Positions 47,305 through 57,054 of a stretch of 64,000 nt of DNA are shown piece by piece. Source of the stretch: Hyalangium minutum (lineage in GTDB: Bacteria > Myxococcota > Myxococcia > Myxococcales > Myxococcaceae). Location: the NCBI RefSeq assembly GCF_000737315.1, contig NZ_JMCB01000006.1, forward strand, positions 973,820-1,037,819. Direction: 5' to 3'. Numbering within the stretch: position 1 is the stretch's first letter; every line of letters starts with the position of its first letter. The notes below the pieces were generated by a model. That model was given only the letters and a program-made list of their open reading frames with translations, did no database searches and was not told the origin of the DNA. Made by a program: the position numbers and the translations under genes.

Positions 47305-48934
47305 TGGAGCTCTCCTCACGTGATTGCACCGCGCCCCTGAATTTAAGGCCAATGGCCTCCACAATGGAGGCGAATCGAAAGAGATATTCGGCCTCCATAG
47401 CCCAGTACACAGTGTAGTTTCCTGGATGTTTCGGGACCACCTTGGTCGGTACCCAGGGGAGCACACTGCCGTCTTTGGCCTTCCGGTCCCCCTTGAGCTC
47501 GAAGAATTCCGTGTACTTCCTGGGGGCAATCCCCACGAATGGCGAAAAGATGACCTTGCCAGTGGAGCTCCCTTCGGACCCCTCTAAGGTGATGGAGTCC
47601 GAGTAGAGGTCAGCCGCGAGGCTCTTGGGATAAGGGTCGATGTAGACGACCCGCGAGATGCCCGCCGCGATGATATGCCGCGCACATTCGTGACATGGGA
47701 ACGTCGTGACGTACATCACGCTGCCTTGTACGGATACGCCGCGTCGAGCTGCCTCCATGAGCGCCGCCATCTCTGCGTGGACGGGACGCATGAACTCGAT
47801 GATGTTCATCACCCTGGAGTCGCGCCAGGGACCCGGTGCGACCTCGTCCTTCTTGAGAACCCGCTCTCGCAGTTCCTGGACATCCAGCTCGCGGTATGTG
47901 TCTGCCAGCCACTTCTCTTTCTGCAAGAGCCGGAGGAGTTCGGAGATGAGGTCATGCTTGTGCCGGTCGCTGGTGTCCTCGCCCCCCACAAAGTCACGTC
48001 CATCCGGCTCGTCGTCCTCCCAGTACAAGCCTCCACCCGCTTTGGGCACCTCATTGGTACCTACCGCGAGGAGTTCTCCCGAGCGAGAGGTGATGGCAGA
48101 ACCGACTTGCCGGCCCAATGCCGCGGAGCGCATGGCGGCGGCCTTCGCGAAGAAGATGCCCCATTCACTTCGTGTTGGCGTGTGGAAGGGGTGACCGAAG
48201 ACAAGGCGTACGAAGCGCTTGATACTGCGCTCCATCTCCTTGGGGTTTGTCGCGTCGATGAAGACATCTGCCTCGGGAAAAGCCCGTTGGACGTCTTGGC
48301 CCATAGGCTCGTCCAGGTCTCGCTCATCGGTGCGTACGAGAGCCTCGGCTTCGCTGCGAAACTCCATCGAAAGCCATAAACCCCGGCTCTCGGAGATGCT
48401 CCTGGAGAGCTTATCGACACGTTTGTCTCGCGGGGCATAGGCGGACAGGAGGAAGAAGGCGGGGCCGTAGATCTTTCTGAGCGACTCCACTTCTTCCCGT
48501 CGCTTGAGCGAGTGCAGGATGAACGCACGCCGCGTGTTGCGGCGATCGGCCCTGATCATGTTGTCTCGTTCCTGCCGGATGGCGCTCAGGGCCAGCCACG
48601 CCATGGCATCCGCACACTTCATCTTCCGGCGCAGCTCCGTCCCAGCCTGCATGTGTTCTTTGTAGTAGCGGAGCTTGTCTCCACTCAGGCTCAGCGGGCT
48701 ATCGAGCCCCTCGATCTCGTGCAGCAACGACGAGAGGCGGATGGTCCGCGCCTCGTAGTTCGCCTCAGCCATCAGCGCAGTAGAGAGCGCCTTGGCGACG
48801 GCAGCCAAGTCTGTCCCGATGGCGCCCACGAGGGCAATGACGAGCTCAGGATCGGAACTCGCGGCTCGCCGGTTGAGTTCGTCCTTGTCCGCCTGGCTCT
48901 GCGAATCTTCATGACCCATGCCGTCATCCCCCAT
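47246..48934 (-). CDS. Anti-phage dCTP deaminase (P-loop kinase-like plus deaminase; AvcD-like)
   Basis: LVIALVGAIGT, HSLKRREEV..LR.IYG, SAALGRQVG, GTNEVPKAGGGLYW, VHAEMAAL, TTFPCHECA, VVYIDPYPKS. Lower GC than the flanks. Confidence 0.92.
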   Translation of the reverse strand: MGDDGMGHEDSQSQADKDELNRRAASSDPELVIALVGAIGTDLAAVAKALSTALMAEANYEARTIRLSSLLHEIEGLDSPLSLSGDKLRYYKEHMQAGTELRRKMKCADAMAWLALSAIRQERDNMIRADRRNTRRAFILHSLKRREEVESLRKIYGPAFFLLSAYAPRDKRVDKLSRSISESRGLWLSMEFRSEAEALVRTDERDLDEPMGQDVQRAFPEADVFIDATNPKEMERSIKRFVRLVFGHPFHTPTRSEWGIFFAKAAAMRSAALGRQVGSAITSRSGELLAVGTNEVPKAGGGLYWEDDEPDGRDFVGGEDTSDRHKHDLISELLRLLQKEKWLADTYRELDVQELRERVLKKDEVAPGPWRDSRVMNIIEFMRPVHAEMAALMEAARRGVSVQGSVMYVTTFPCHECARHIIAAGISRVVYIDPYPKSLAADLYSDSITLEGSEGSSTGKVIFSPFVGIAPRKYTEFFELKGDRKAKDGSVLPWVPTKVVPKHPGNYTVYWAMEAEYLFRFASIVEAIGLKFRGAVQSREESSSEQTGLAQSADRGREGGDS

Positions 48935-49135
48935 GCTGCCATCATGGACTCTTGGGCTTCGCCTGGACCCTACTACTTCGTGGCGTGAGCAGCAGCTACG
49001 TAGAGGCAATCGCGAAGTCTCGTCTTGCCTCTCGGAGAGCGAAGTCCTCAGACGCAGTGATATCGTCCGGCCGATACCATGAGGACGACGATGCAGAGGC
49101 CCACGCGGTGCTCACGGCTGGGGCGTCATTAGCCC

Positions 49136-50974
49136 ATGTGGCGCCGGCTCCTCCCCATGCTGGCCGGGATCGGTCTCGGGCTCGCGGTGCTCACCGCGGG
49201 GCTCGTCTCGCTGCACGGCATCTTCGTGCGCGAGCGAGAAGATGGCCGGCGCGCCCTGGAGGACCGGCGCCATGCGCTCGAACTCTACGCGCGGCAGGCG
49301 CTGATGGACTCGCTCCGCCGAGCCATGGAGGAGGCCGCTCCCAGGCTCCAGCAGGCCGCGGTGGACCCGCTCGTGCCGGACTCGGACCTGCTCCTCTTCC
49401 GCGCAGGCCGCCAGCTCCTGCCGAGGACCTCCGCGCCGCGCAGTGACTCCGCCGCCCCGGCCCGGATGATCCACGAAGCCCTGGGCACTCAAGGCCCTCG
49501 GGCCCTCGCCACGAAGGAAGATCCCGAAGAGCCCTGGGCGGAGCGGCTCGTGCTGATGGACCGCTTCCTGGCCGCGCTCAAATCCTCCGACTCCCAGGCC
49601 GTGACGCTCACGCTGCGCGAGTGGCTGGCCCACCGCGCTCGCTTCGTCCTGCCCGTCGCCAAGGACACCGCCGCTGCGCTCTGGCTCCTGGAGCAGTTCC
49701 AAGCCGGTGGAAGGCCGGATTCGCTCCTGATGCGCTCGCTCCTACGGGACGGCGTGCAGGGCTCCAGTGGCACCCGGGTAGAGGGACTCCAGAGGGTACT
49801 CCTCGATCGCCGGGATGCATTCGGGAGCACTGACTTCACCTTCCTCCGCGAGCGCATCGCCCACCTGTCCGAGCTGACGCACGTGGACTACGTGGACTTC
49901 AACCAGCGCGCCACGGCTGAGCCCGGCACCAGCATTCCCCTCTCGCTCCCACTGCCCGAAGCCCAGCTGCGGCCCGAGGGCTGGTACGTCGAGCCGCTCG
50001 GCCGGGACGGAGCCCGAGGCATCCACGTTGGTGCCACCGCCCTCATCGAATCTATCCGCGAGCAGATGCGAGACCGCGGCCTCCTGGATGACGAGGATCG
50101 CCTGGCGCTCTCGCGAACGGACACCCCCGCGCCGCTCTCTACCCTGGCCATCGCCCTGGAGTCCCCGCGCATGCTCGCCGCCGTCTCCGAACTGGAGTCC
50201 CGCTACCGGCTCAAGGCGCTGCTGCTCGGGTTCAGCGGAGCGCTGGCGCTCGTCATCATCGGGCTGGCGGTGCTGGCCCACGAGCGCAAGGTGCGCTTCC
50301 TCGCGTTGCGCTCCGAGTTCGTCTCCACCGTCTCCCACGAGCTGCGCACCCCGCTCTCCGCCATCCGCGTCATGGCGGAGACGCTGGAGCGGCGCGTGGG
50401 CGGCATGCCAGGCGCGGGCAACTACCCCTCCCGCATCATCTCCGAGGCGGACGCGCTGGGCCGGCTCGTGGAGAACATCCTCACCTACAACCGTCTGGAG
50501 AAAGGCCGCTGGGACACCCGCCGAGAACCGGTGCCCCTGGCCGAGCTTCTCCAGCGCATCGTCGAGGACGCCGCTGCCCAGAACGCCACCCGCGTGGAGC
50601 TCAAGACCGAGGGCCTCACCGGGCTCGCCGTCCCAGGAGACCCCGAGCTGCTCCGAATGCTCTTCTCCAACCTCGTCCACAACGCCTGCCGCTACACCAC
50701 GCGCTCCCCCGTAGAGCTCCGCGTCGAGGCCCGTCAGCAAGGCGCCACCGTGGTCCGCTTCAGCGACAACGGGGTGGGCATCCCTCGCGAGAGCTGGGAG
50801 GCCGTCTTCGAGGAGTTCCGCCGCCTGCGCAACGAGGCGCTCCCGGCGCGCGGCGGCAGTGGCCTCGGGCTGGCCATCTGTCGAAGAATCATGTCGCTGC
50901 ACGGCGGCACCCTGCGCGTCGCCGCCTCGAGCCCCGAGGGCACCACGTTCGAACTGAGCTTCCCGCCCGCATGA
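49136..50974 (+). CDS. Membrane sensor histidine kinase
   Basis: VSHELRTPL, NLVHNACRY, DNGVG, GSGLGL. Confidence 0.9.
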   Translation: MWRRLLPMLAGIGLGLAVLTAGLVSLHGIFVREREDGRRALEDRRHALELYARQALMDSLRRAMEEAAPRLQQAAVDPLVPDSDLLLFRAGRQLLPRTSAPRSDSAAPARMIHEALGTQGPRALATKEDPEEPWAERLVLMDRFLAALKSSDSQAVTLTLREWLAHRARFVLPVAKDTAAALWLLEQFQAGGRPDSLLMRSLLRDGVQGSSGTRVEGLQRVLLDRRDAFGSTDFTFLRERIAHLSELTHVDYVDFNQRATAEPGTSIPLSLPLPEAQLRPEGWYVEPLGRDGARGIHVGATALIESIREQMRDRGLLDDEDRLALSRTDTPAPLSTLAIALESPRMLAAVSELESRYRLKALLLGFSGALALVIIGLAVLAHERKVRFLALRSEFVSTVSHELRTPLSAIRVMAETLERRVGGMPGAGNYPSRIISEADALGRLVENILTYNRLEKGRWDTRREPVPLAELLQRIVEDAAAQNATRVELKTEGLTGLAVPGDPELLRMLFSNLVHNACRYTTRSPVELRVEARQQGATVVRFSDNGVGIPRESWEAVFEEFRRLRNEALPARGGSGLGLAICRRIMSLHGGTLRVAASSPEGTTFELSFPPA

Positions 50975-51669
50975 GCCCACCCCTGCGCGTCCTCGTGGTG
51001 GAGGACGATGTGAACCTCCGCCTCACGCTCGTCGACAACCTGGAAGAGGAGGGCTACGCCGTCCAGGCCGCCAGCTCTCTGGCCGAGGCCCGCCCCCAGT
51101 GGAAGGCCACGGCCTTCGACGTGGTGGTGCTCGACATCATGCTTCCGGATGGGGACGGGTACGCGCTGTGCCGAGAGATGCGCCAGGCGGGCACTTCCAG
51201 CCGGGTGCTCATGCTCACCGCGCGCACACTGGAGGACGACGTGGTGCGCGGCTTCGACGTGGGCGCGGACGACTACGTAGCCAAGCCCTATCGCCTGCGC
51301 GAGCTGCTGGCCCGCATCCGCGTGCTGGCCCGCCGGGGCGCTCCGGCCGCGCCGCCCGAGGAGGTGCTCGCGTTCGACCGCTTCCGTGTGGACCTGTCCT
51401 CCCGGCAGCTGCTGGACGCGGGCGGCAAGGCGGTGGAGCTGACGCGCACCGAGTTCGAGCTGCTCGTCTACCTGCTGCGCAACGCGGGCAAGGCGCTCAC
51501 GAGAGACCAGATCCTCTCCTCCGTCTGGGGCGAGGACACCGTGGTGGACGGGCACACCGTGGACAACTTCGTCTCCAACCTGCGCAAGAAGCTCGAGTGG
51601 ACCTCCGCGTCACGCTTCGAGATCCGCTCCGTGCGCGGGGTGGGCTACCGGATGGACCTGCACGGGTAG
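50971..51669 (+). CDS. OmpR-family response regulator
   Basis: LDIMLP, MLTAR, GADDYVAKP, and winged HTH (RGVGYR). Confidence 0.93.
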   Translation: MSPPLRVLVVEDDVNLRLTLVDNLEEEGYAVQAASSLAEARPQWKATAFDVVVLDIMLPDGDGYALCREMRQAGTSSRVLMLTARTLEDDVVRGFDVGADDYVAKPYRLRELLARIRVLARRGAPAAPPEEVLAFDRFRVDLSSRQLLDAGGKAVELTRTEFELLVYLLRNAGKALTRDQILSSVWGEDTVVDGHTVDNFVSNLRKKLEWTSASRFEIRSVRGVGYRMDLHG

Positions 51670-51810
51670 AACCACGAGCCTCGGCTTTTTTTCACCCGGA
51701 GTACCAAGGGTCACGGAGTACCCGGTGCGAGTGTTGTCTTCCTACCAAAGCGAGGGGGCCTCTCCATACCTCCATCCCCTTGCGGTACGCGGACGGACTA
51801 GGAGACAGGG

Positions 51811-53448
51811 GTGCTCGACACGCCCCCCCCAGCGAGCATTCTCCTCGTCGATGACATGCCCGCGAACCTCGTGGCGCTGGAGGCGTTGCTCTCCGGGTAT
51901 GGCCATCGGCTCGTGCGGGCGGCGTCTGGCCACGAGGCGCTGCGGTGCGCGCTGCTGGAGGACTTCGCCGTCATCCTCATGGACGTGCGGCTGGGGGACA
52001 TGAGCGGCATCGACGTGACGGCGATGCTGCGGGACCGCGAGCGCACCCGGCACACGCCCGTGCTGCTGATGACGGCGGCCAGCGGCGATGACCGGGAGCT
52101 GCTGGAGGGCTACGCCCACGGCGCGGTGGACTACCTGCGCAAGCCGCTGGTGGCCGAGGTGCTGCGCGCCAAGGTGTCGGTATTCGTGGACCTCTACCGC
52201 GCCCGCGGGGCCGTGAAGCGCCAGGAAGAGCTGTTGCGCGCCCGGGAGCGCGAGGCCCTGGAGAGCGCCCACCGCGAGCGGCTCCACCACCTGCTGATGC
52301 AGGCGCCCGCGTCCATCGCCATCCTTCGCGGGCCCGACTTCATCTACGACTTCGCCAACCCGCTCTACGAGCGGATCGTCGGCCGCCCCGTGCGCCTGGG
52401 CAAGCCGCTGCGGGAAGTGCTGCCGGAGGTCGCCGCCCAGCCCGGGGAGATGGAGCGCCTGCGGCAGGTGCTGACGACAGGTCAGCCCTTCGAGGGCCAC
52501 GAGCTCGTCAGCAAGTGGGACCGGCATGGCACGGGCACGCTGACGGAGGGCTACTTCAACGTCTTCTTCCAGCCGGTCCGCGACGAGCAGGGCCGCGTCA
52601 CGGGCGTGCTCACCTTCGCGGTGGAGGTGACGGAGCAGGTGCTGGCCCGCCACAAGCTGGAGGGCCTGGCCCACGAGCTCAACCAGCTCAACGCCGGGCT
52701 GGAGCACCGCGTCCGCGAGCGCACCTCTCAGCTCCAGGAGGCCCTCCAGGAGCTGGAGTCCTTCAGCTACTCGGTCTCGCACGACTTGCGGGCCCCGCTG
52801 CGCCACATCACCGGCTTCGCCCAGCTGATGGAGCGCAGGTCGGGGCCGATGCTGGACGACACCTCGCGCACCTACCTGAAGACCATCATCACGGCCGCGC
52901 AGCAGGGCGGCACGCTGGTGGACGACCTGCTCTCCTTCTCCCGCATGGGGCGCGCGGAGCTGCGCCAGAGCCGGGTGTCGCTCCAGGAGCTGGTGGGCGA
53001 GGTCCGCCGCGAGCTCGACGCCGACACCCACGGGCGCTCCATCGAGTGGCGCATCGGCTCGTTGCCAGTCGTCCAGGCGGACGCGGCGCTGCTGCGTCAG
53101 GTGATCCGAAACCTGATAGGCAACGCAATGAAGTACACGCGGCCCAAGTCCCAGGCCGTCATCGAGGTGGGCTCGCGCGAAGTCCCGGGAGCGGTCGAGG
53201 TGTGGGTGCGGGACAATGGCGTAGGTTTCCAGATGCAGTATGTGGATAAGCTCTTCGGCGTCTTCCAGCGGCTCCACACCGTCGAGGAGTTCGAGGGCAC
53301 CGGTATCGGGCTGGCCAATGTGCGGCGCATCATCGCCCGCCACGGAGGCCGCACCTGGGCGGAGGGGGCCGTGGGGCAGGGCGCCACCTTCTATTTCTCA
53401 CTGCCATGCGCAGCACCTGACATGAAAGACGAGCCTCGCCGTGACTGA
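51811..53448 (+). CDS. REC-PAS-histidine kinase
   Basis: N-terminal REC, PAS/PAC, ESFSYSVSHDLRAPLRH, FEGTGIGLA. Confidence 0.92.
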   Translation: MLDTPPPASILLVDDMPANLVALEALLSGYGHRLVRAASGHEALRCALLEDFAVILMDVRLGDMSGIDVTAMLRDRERTRHTPVLLMTAASGDDRELLEGYAHGAVDYLRKPLVAEVLRAKVSVFVDLYRARGAVKRQEELLRAREREALESAHRERLHHLLMQAPASIAILRGPDFIYDFANPLYERIVGRPVRLGKPLREVLPEVAAQPGEMERLRQVLTTGQPFEGHELVSKWDRHGTGTLTEGYFNVFFQPVRDEQGRVTGVLTFAVEVTEQVLARHKLEGLAHELNQLNAGLEHRVRERTSQLQEALQELESFSYSVSHDLRAPLRHITGFAQLMERRSGPMLDDTSRTYLKTIITAAQQGGTLVDDLLSFSRMGRAELRQSRVSLQELVGEVRRELDADTHGRSIEWRIGSLPVVQADAALLRQVIRNLIGNAMKYTRPKSQAVIEVGSREVPGAVEVWVRDNGVGFQMQYVDKLFGVFQRLHTVEEFEGTGIGLANVRRIIARHGGRTWAEGAVGQGATFYFSLPCAAPDMKDEPRRD

Positions 53449-53902
53449 GCTCAAGAAAATTCTCCTGGTGGAAGACAGCGCCAACGACGTGGCCCTCTCG
53501 ATGGCCGCGCTGGAAGAGATCAACCTGGCCAACGAAGTGGTGGTGGTCCGGGACGGACAGCAAGCGCTCGACTTCCTCACCCGCAAGGGCGAGTTCGCGG
53601 ACCGCAATGACGGCAACCCCGCCGTGGTGCTGCTGGACTTGAAGCTGCCCAAGGTGGACGGCATCGAGGTGCTCGCCCGGGTGAAGAGTGATCCGCAGCT
53701 GAAGACCATCCCCATCGTCATGCTCACCTCCTCGCGCGAGGAGCGTGACTTGGCGCGCAGCTACGGCCTGGGGGTGAATGCCTACGTAGTCAAACCGGTG
53801 GCTTTCCCCGACTTCGTCGCGGCGCTCAAGGAGCTGGGACTCTTCTGGGCCGTGGTCAATCAGCCCCCACCGGGGTCTCTCTCTCAACCCACCGGGAGGT
53901 AG
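53441..53902 (+). CDS. Single-domain response regulator (Rcp1-like)
   Basis: LLDLKLPKVDG, MLTSSREE, NAYVVKP. Confidence 0.92.
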   Translation: MTELKKILLVEDSANDVALSMAALEEINLANEVVVVRDGQQALDFLTRKGEFADRNDGNPAVVLLDLKLPKVDGIEVLARVKSDPQLKTIPIVMLTSSREERDLARSYGLGVNAYVVKPVAFPDFVAALKELGLFWAVVNQPPPGSLSQPTGR

Positions 53903-53906
53903 TGGC

Positions 53907-55475
53907 ATGCAGAGCGCGGCGCACGAGCTGGAGCCGGTCCCGGGGGAGCGGCCGCTGGCCATCCTGTTGCTGGAGGACAGCGAGCAGGACGCCCGGCTCA
54001 TCCATGCGCAGCTCGAGGAGGGTGGGCTCGTTTTCCACCTGGAGCGGGTGGACGGCCGCGAGGGCTTCCAGTGGGCGCTCGCGCGCACCTCGTATGACTT
54101 GATCCTCTCCGACTACAACATCCCGGGCTTCGATGGCCTGAGCGCGCTGACCACCGCGCGGCGGTTCCAGCCGGACACGCCCTTCCTCTTCGTCTCGGGC
54201 GCGCTGGGCGAGGAGCGCGCCATTGACTTGCTCAAGCGCGGCGCCACGGACTACGTGCTCAAGGAGCGGCTGGAGCGGCTGGTGCCCAGCCTGAAGCGGG
54301 CCCTGCGCGAGGCCGAGAGCGAGCTGCGCCGCAAGCGCACCGAGGAGGCCCTGCGCCGCTCCGAGGAGCGCTACCAGTTGGTGATGCGGGCCACCAGTGA
54401 CGCGATCTGGGACTGGGACCTGGAGACAGGCCAGGTGCACCGGAGCGACGCCATCGAGCAGGTGCTCGGCTGCGGGCCCTCCGGGCTGCCGGCGGACGCC
54501 CAGGCATGGATGCAGCGTGTCCACCCGGAAGAGCGGAGCCGGGTCTGGGACAAGCTCCAGCGCGTCCTGGGCTCGCGGCAGGACCGCTGGCAGGACGAGT
54601 ACCGGCTGCGGCGGGAGGACGGGACGTACGCCACCGTGTCGGACCGGGGCTACATCGTCCGCGACTCCAGCGGCCGGGCGCTGCGCATGGCGGGGGCCGT
54701 GCAGGACATCTCGGTTCGCCGGCACTCCGAGGAGGAGCGGCAGCGGCTCTTGAGCGAGGCGCGCCAGCGGGTGGAGTTCGAGCAACAGCTGGTGGGCATC
54801 GTCAGCCACGACTTGCGAGGGCCGCTGAATGCCATCCTGGCGGGGGCCTCGATGATGCTGCAGCGCGACAGCATCGAGCCGTGGCAGGCGAAGACGGTGG
54901 CCCGCATCCTCTCGTGCGCCGAGCGCTCCAACCGGCTGATCCGGGATCTGCTCGACTTCACGCAGGCGCGCATGGGCGGTGGCATCCCCGTGAGGCCGGG
55001 GCCCGCGGACCTCCACGAGCTGACGCTGCAGGTGGTGGAGGAAGCGCGTGTGGCGCATGTGGAGCGGGAGATTCAGGTGAGCCAGAGCGGGGACGGGCGG
55101 GGGCAGTGGGACTCGGACCGGATGGCGCAGGTCATCTCCAACCTGGTGACGAACGCGGTGAAGTACAGCCCGGAGAAGACGCCCGTGCGGGTGGAGACGG
55201 AGGGCACGGCGGAGCAGGTGGTGCTCCGCATCCACAACCAGGGCGAGCCCATCGCCGCGGACCTGCTGCCGCGCATCTTCGAGCCGCTGCGGCGGGGGAA
55301 GCGGCGGGCGAACCGCTCGGACCGGAGCATCGGCCTGGGGCTCTACATCGTCCGCGAGCTCGTCCTGGCGCACGGGGGCACCGTGGAGGTGCGCTCCACG
55401 GAGGCCGAGGGCACCACCTTCACCCTCTCGCTGCCGCGCCTCTTCCCCGCGAGCGACGAGGTCTCGGGGGCCTGA
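53907..55475 (+). CDS. REC-PAS-histidine kinase
   Basis: REC, PAS (IWDWD..VHPE), VSHDLRGPL, NAVKY, IGLGL. Confidence 0.92.
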   Translation: MQSAAHELEPVPGERPLAILLLEDSEQDARLIHAQLEEGGLVFHLERVDGREGFQWALARTSYDLILSDYNIPGFDGLSALTTARRFQPDTPFLFVSGALGEERAIDLLKRGATDYVLKERLERLVPSLKRALREAESELRRKRTEEALRRSEERYQLVMRATSDAIWDWDLETGQVHRSDAIEQVLGCGPSGLPADAQAWMQRVHPEERSRVWDKLQRVLGSRQDRWQDEYRLRREDGTYATVSDRGYIVRDSSGRALRMAGAVQDISVRRHSEEERQRLLSEARQRVEFEQQLVGIVSHDLRGPLNAILAGASMMLQRDSIEPWQAKTVARILSCAERSNRLIRDLLDFTQARMGGGIPVRPGPADLHELTLQVVEEARVAHVEREIQVSQSGDGRGQWDSDRMAQVISNLVTNAVKYSPEKTPVRVETEGTAEQVVLRIHNQGEPIAADLLPRIFEPLRRGKRRANRSDRSIGLGLYIVRELVLAHGGTVEVRSTEAEGTTFTLSLPRLFPASDEVSGA

Positions 55476-55508
55476 GGCGGCGGGCCGCAGGCGCCACGCG
55501 CGTGAGCC

Positions 55509-56933
55509 CTACCGCTGGGGGCTCTCCAGGCTGGCCACCGGCGCCTTGGGAGGCACGGGGGCCTCGGGGTTCAGGGCCTTCACCAGCGCCATCATCTGCG
55601 CCACCATTGCCGTCAGCGCCTGCCCTTCTTGCATGCCCGCACCGGCGCCGATGGAGACGGAGCGCAGCTCCTGAGGCTTGGGCAGCTTCTCGGCGATGGT
55701 GGGCAGCAGCTCCACCAGCCGGGCCTGCACGTTGGAGGGGCTCAGGCCGTTGAGGACCCGCTGCCGGGCCTCGAGCAGCTCCAGCTCCGCGCGGGCCTGC
55801 CGGTTGGCCGCGCCGCGCTCGGCGTCCTCCACGTCGATGACGGCCAGCGCCTCGCGCTTGCGCCGGGCGGAATCCACGTCGTGCTTGAGCTCGGCCAGCG
55901 CTCCCTCCACGGCGAGCCGTGCCTTCTCCAGCTCGGCGGTGTGCAGGGTGGTCTGCTGCCGCTCCACGGCCAGCTTGCGCGCATCCTCCTCCTCGCGATG
56001 CTGGCGGCGCAGGCGCTCGGCCTGCTCGCGGTCATAGGCCTCGGCGCCCTTCGCCGCGCGCAGCTGGGACAGCTCGCTCTCGGTCTCCAGGCGGGAGCGC
56101 TCGCGCTCCTGCTCCACCTGCAGCTCGCGGCGGGAGATGGCCTCCTCTGTCTCCAGTCCGGCCAGCCGGGCCACGCGCTCGCGCTCGGCGCGGAAGGGCT
56201 TCTGCAGGCTCTCCCACAGCCGCGCGGAGCTGACCACGGCCTCCTTGATTTGCACGGTGACGATGCGCAGGCCCAGGCCCTTGTCACTGCCTCCGCCACC
56301 CTCGGCCACCTGGCGCAGGCGGGCGGTGAGCTCCTCGATGATGGGCTGCTTGTCGGAGAGCACCGCGTCGATGCTCATGGTGGCCACCTTGTCCTTGATG
56401 GCGGCCTCGGCCTGCTCGCGCAGCTGCACGTTCACCACGCGCATGGGGTCCTCGGCGTCGGTGAAGTCCAGCTTCTTATACGCAGTGCCGAAGTCCTCGA
56501 TGATCCACTGCACGTAGCCCTGGACGAGCAGCCCCTGGAGCTCGCGGCAGATGCTGTGCGCGTTGATGAGGATGGTCTGCATGGCGCCGGGGACCACGAG
56601 GAACGAGTCCGTCGCCGGGTTGAAGCGGAAGGAGACGCCCAGGCCGAGGGTCAGCGGTTTGTCATGGCCCCGGCGGGTGTGGACGACATAGGCGTTGGGC
56701 GGGACGACGACGGTGCGCCAGCGCCAGAAGCCGGTGATGCGGACCTCCACGGCGTTGCCGCCGGGCATCTCGGGAGGCGGCGGCGCGAGGCCCCCTCGGC
56801 GCCGGGGCGCGGCCATGGCCTGCTGGGGCAGGGAGTTCGCGGCCATCTTCCGGGCTTTGAGATCGACCTCGAGGCGCTGCTGCTGCTCCTGGACCTGGTC
56901 CAGGTACTCGTTCCGAATGGGTGACTGGCTCAT
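55509..56933 (-). CDS. SPFH/band-7 (flotillin-like) protein
   Basis: VVVPPNAYVVH, LREQAEAAIKD..GLGLRIVTVQIKE, and a long coiled coil. Confidence 0.88.
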   Translation of the reverse strand: MSQSPIRNEYLDQVQEQQQRLEVDLKARKMAANSLPQQAMAAPRRRGGLAPPPPEMPGGNAVEVRITGFWRWRTVVVPPNAYVVHTRRGHDKPLTLGLGVSFRFNPATDSFLVVPGAMQTILINAHSICRELQGLLVQGYVQWIIEDFGTAYKKLDFTDAEDPMRVVNVQLREQAEAAIKDKVATMSIDAVLSDKQPIIEELTARLRQVAEGGGGSDKGLGLRIVTVQIKEAVVSSARLWESLQKPFRAERERVARLAGLETEEAISRRELQVEQERERSRLETESELSQLRAAKGAEAYDREQAERLRRQHREEEDARKLAVERQQTTLHTAELEKARLAVEGALAELKHDVDSARRKREALAVIDVEDAERGAANRQARAELELLEARQRVLNGLSPSNVQARLVELLPTIAEKLPKPQELRSVSIGAGAGMQEGQALTAMVAQMMALVKALNPEAPVPPKAPVASLESPQR

Positions 56934-57054
56934 GGGTCTGTACCCCCCTTCTCTTGGCGCGCCATCTAACCAGAATGGGCACCTGGGGGGATCCACCCCC
57001 AGGACTCCTTTCCACGGAACCGGGGGCTTGCGAGAGTTGTCAGGGAGGGTGTCT

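Noticed and set aside
51677-51692. AGCC-TC-GGCT plus T7 as an intrinsic terminator
   Set aside because: A 4-bp stem with a 2-nt loop is too weak to call.
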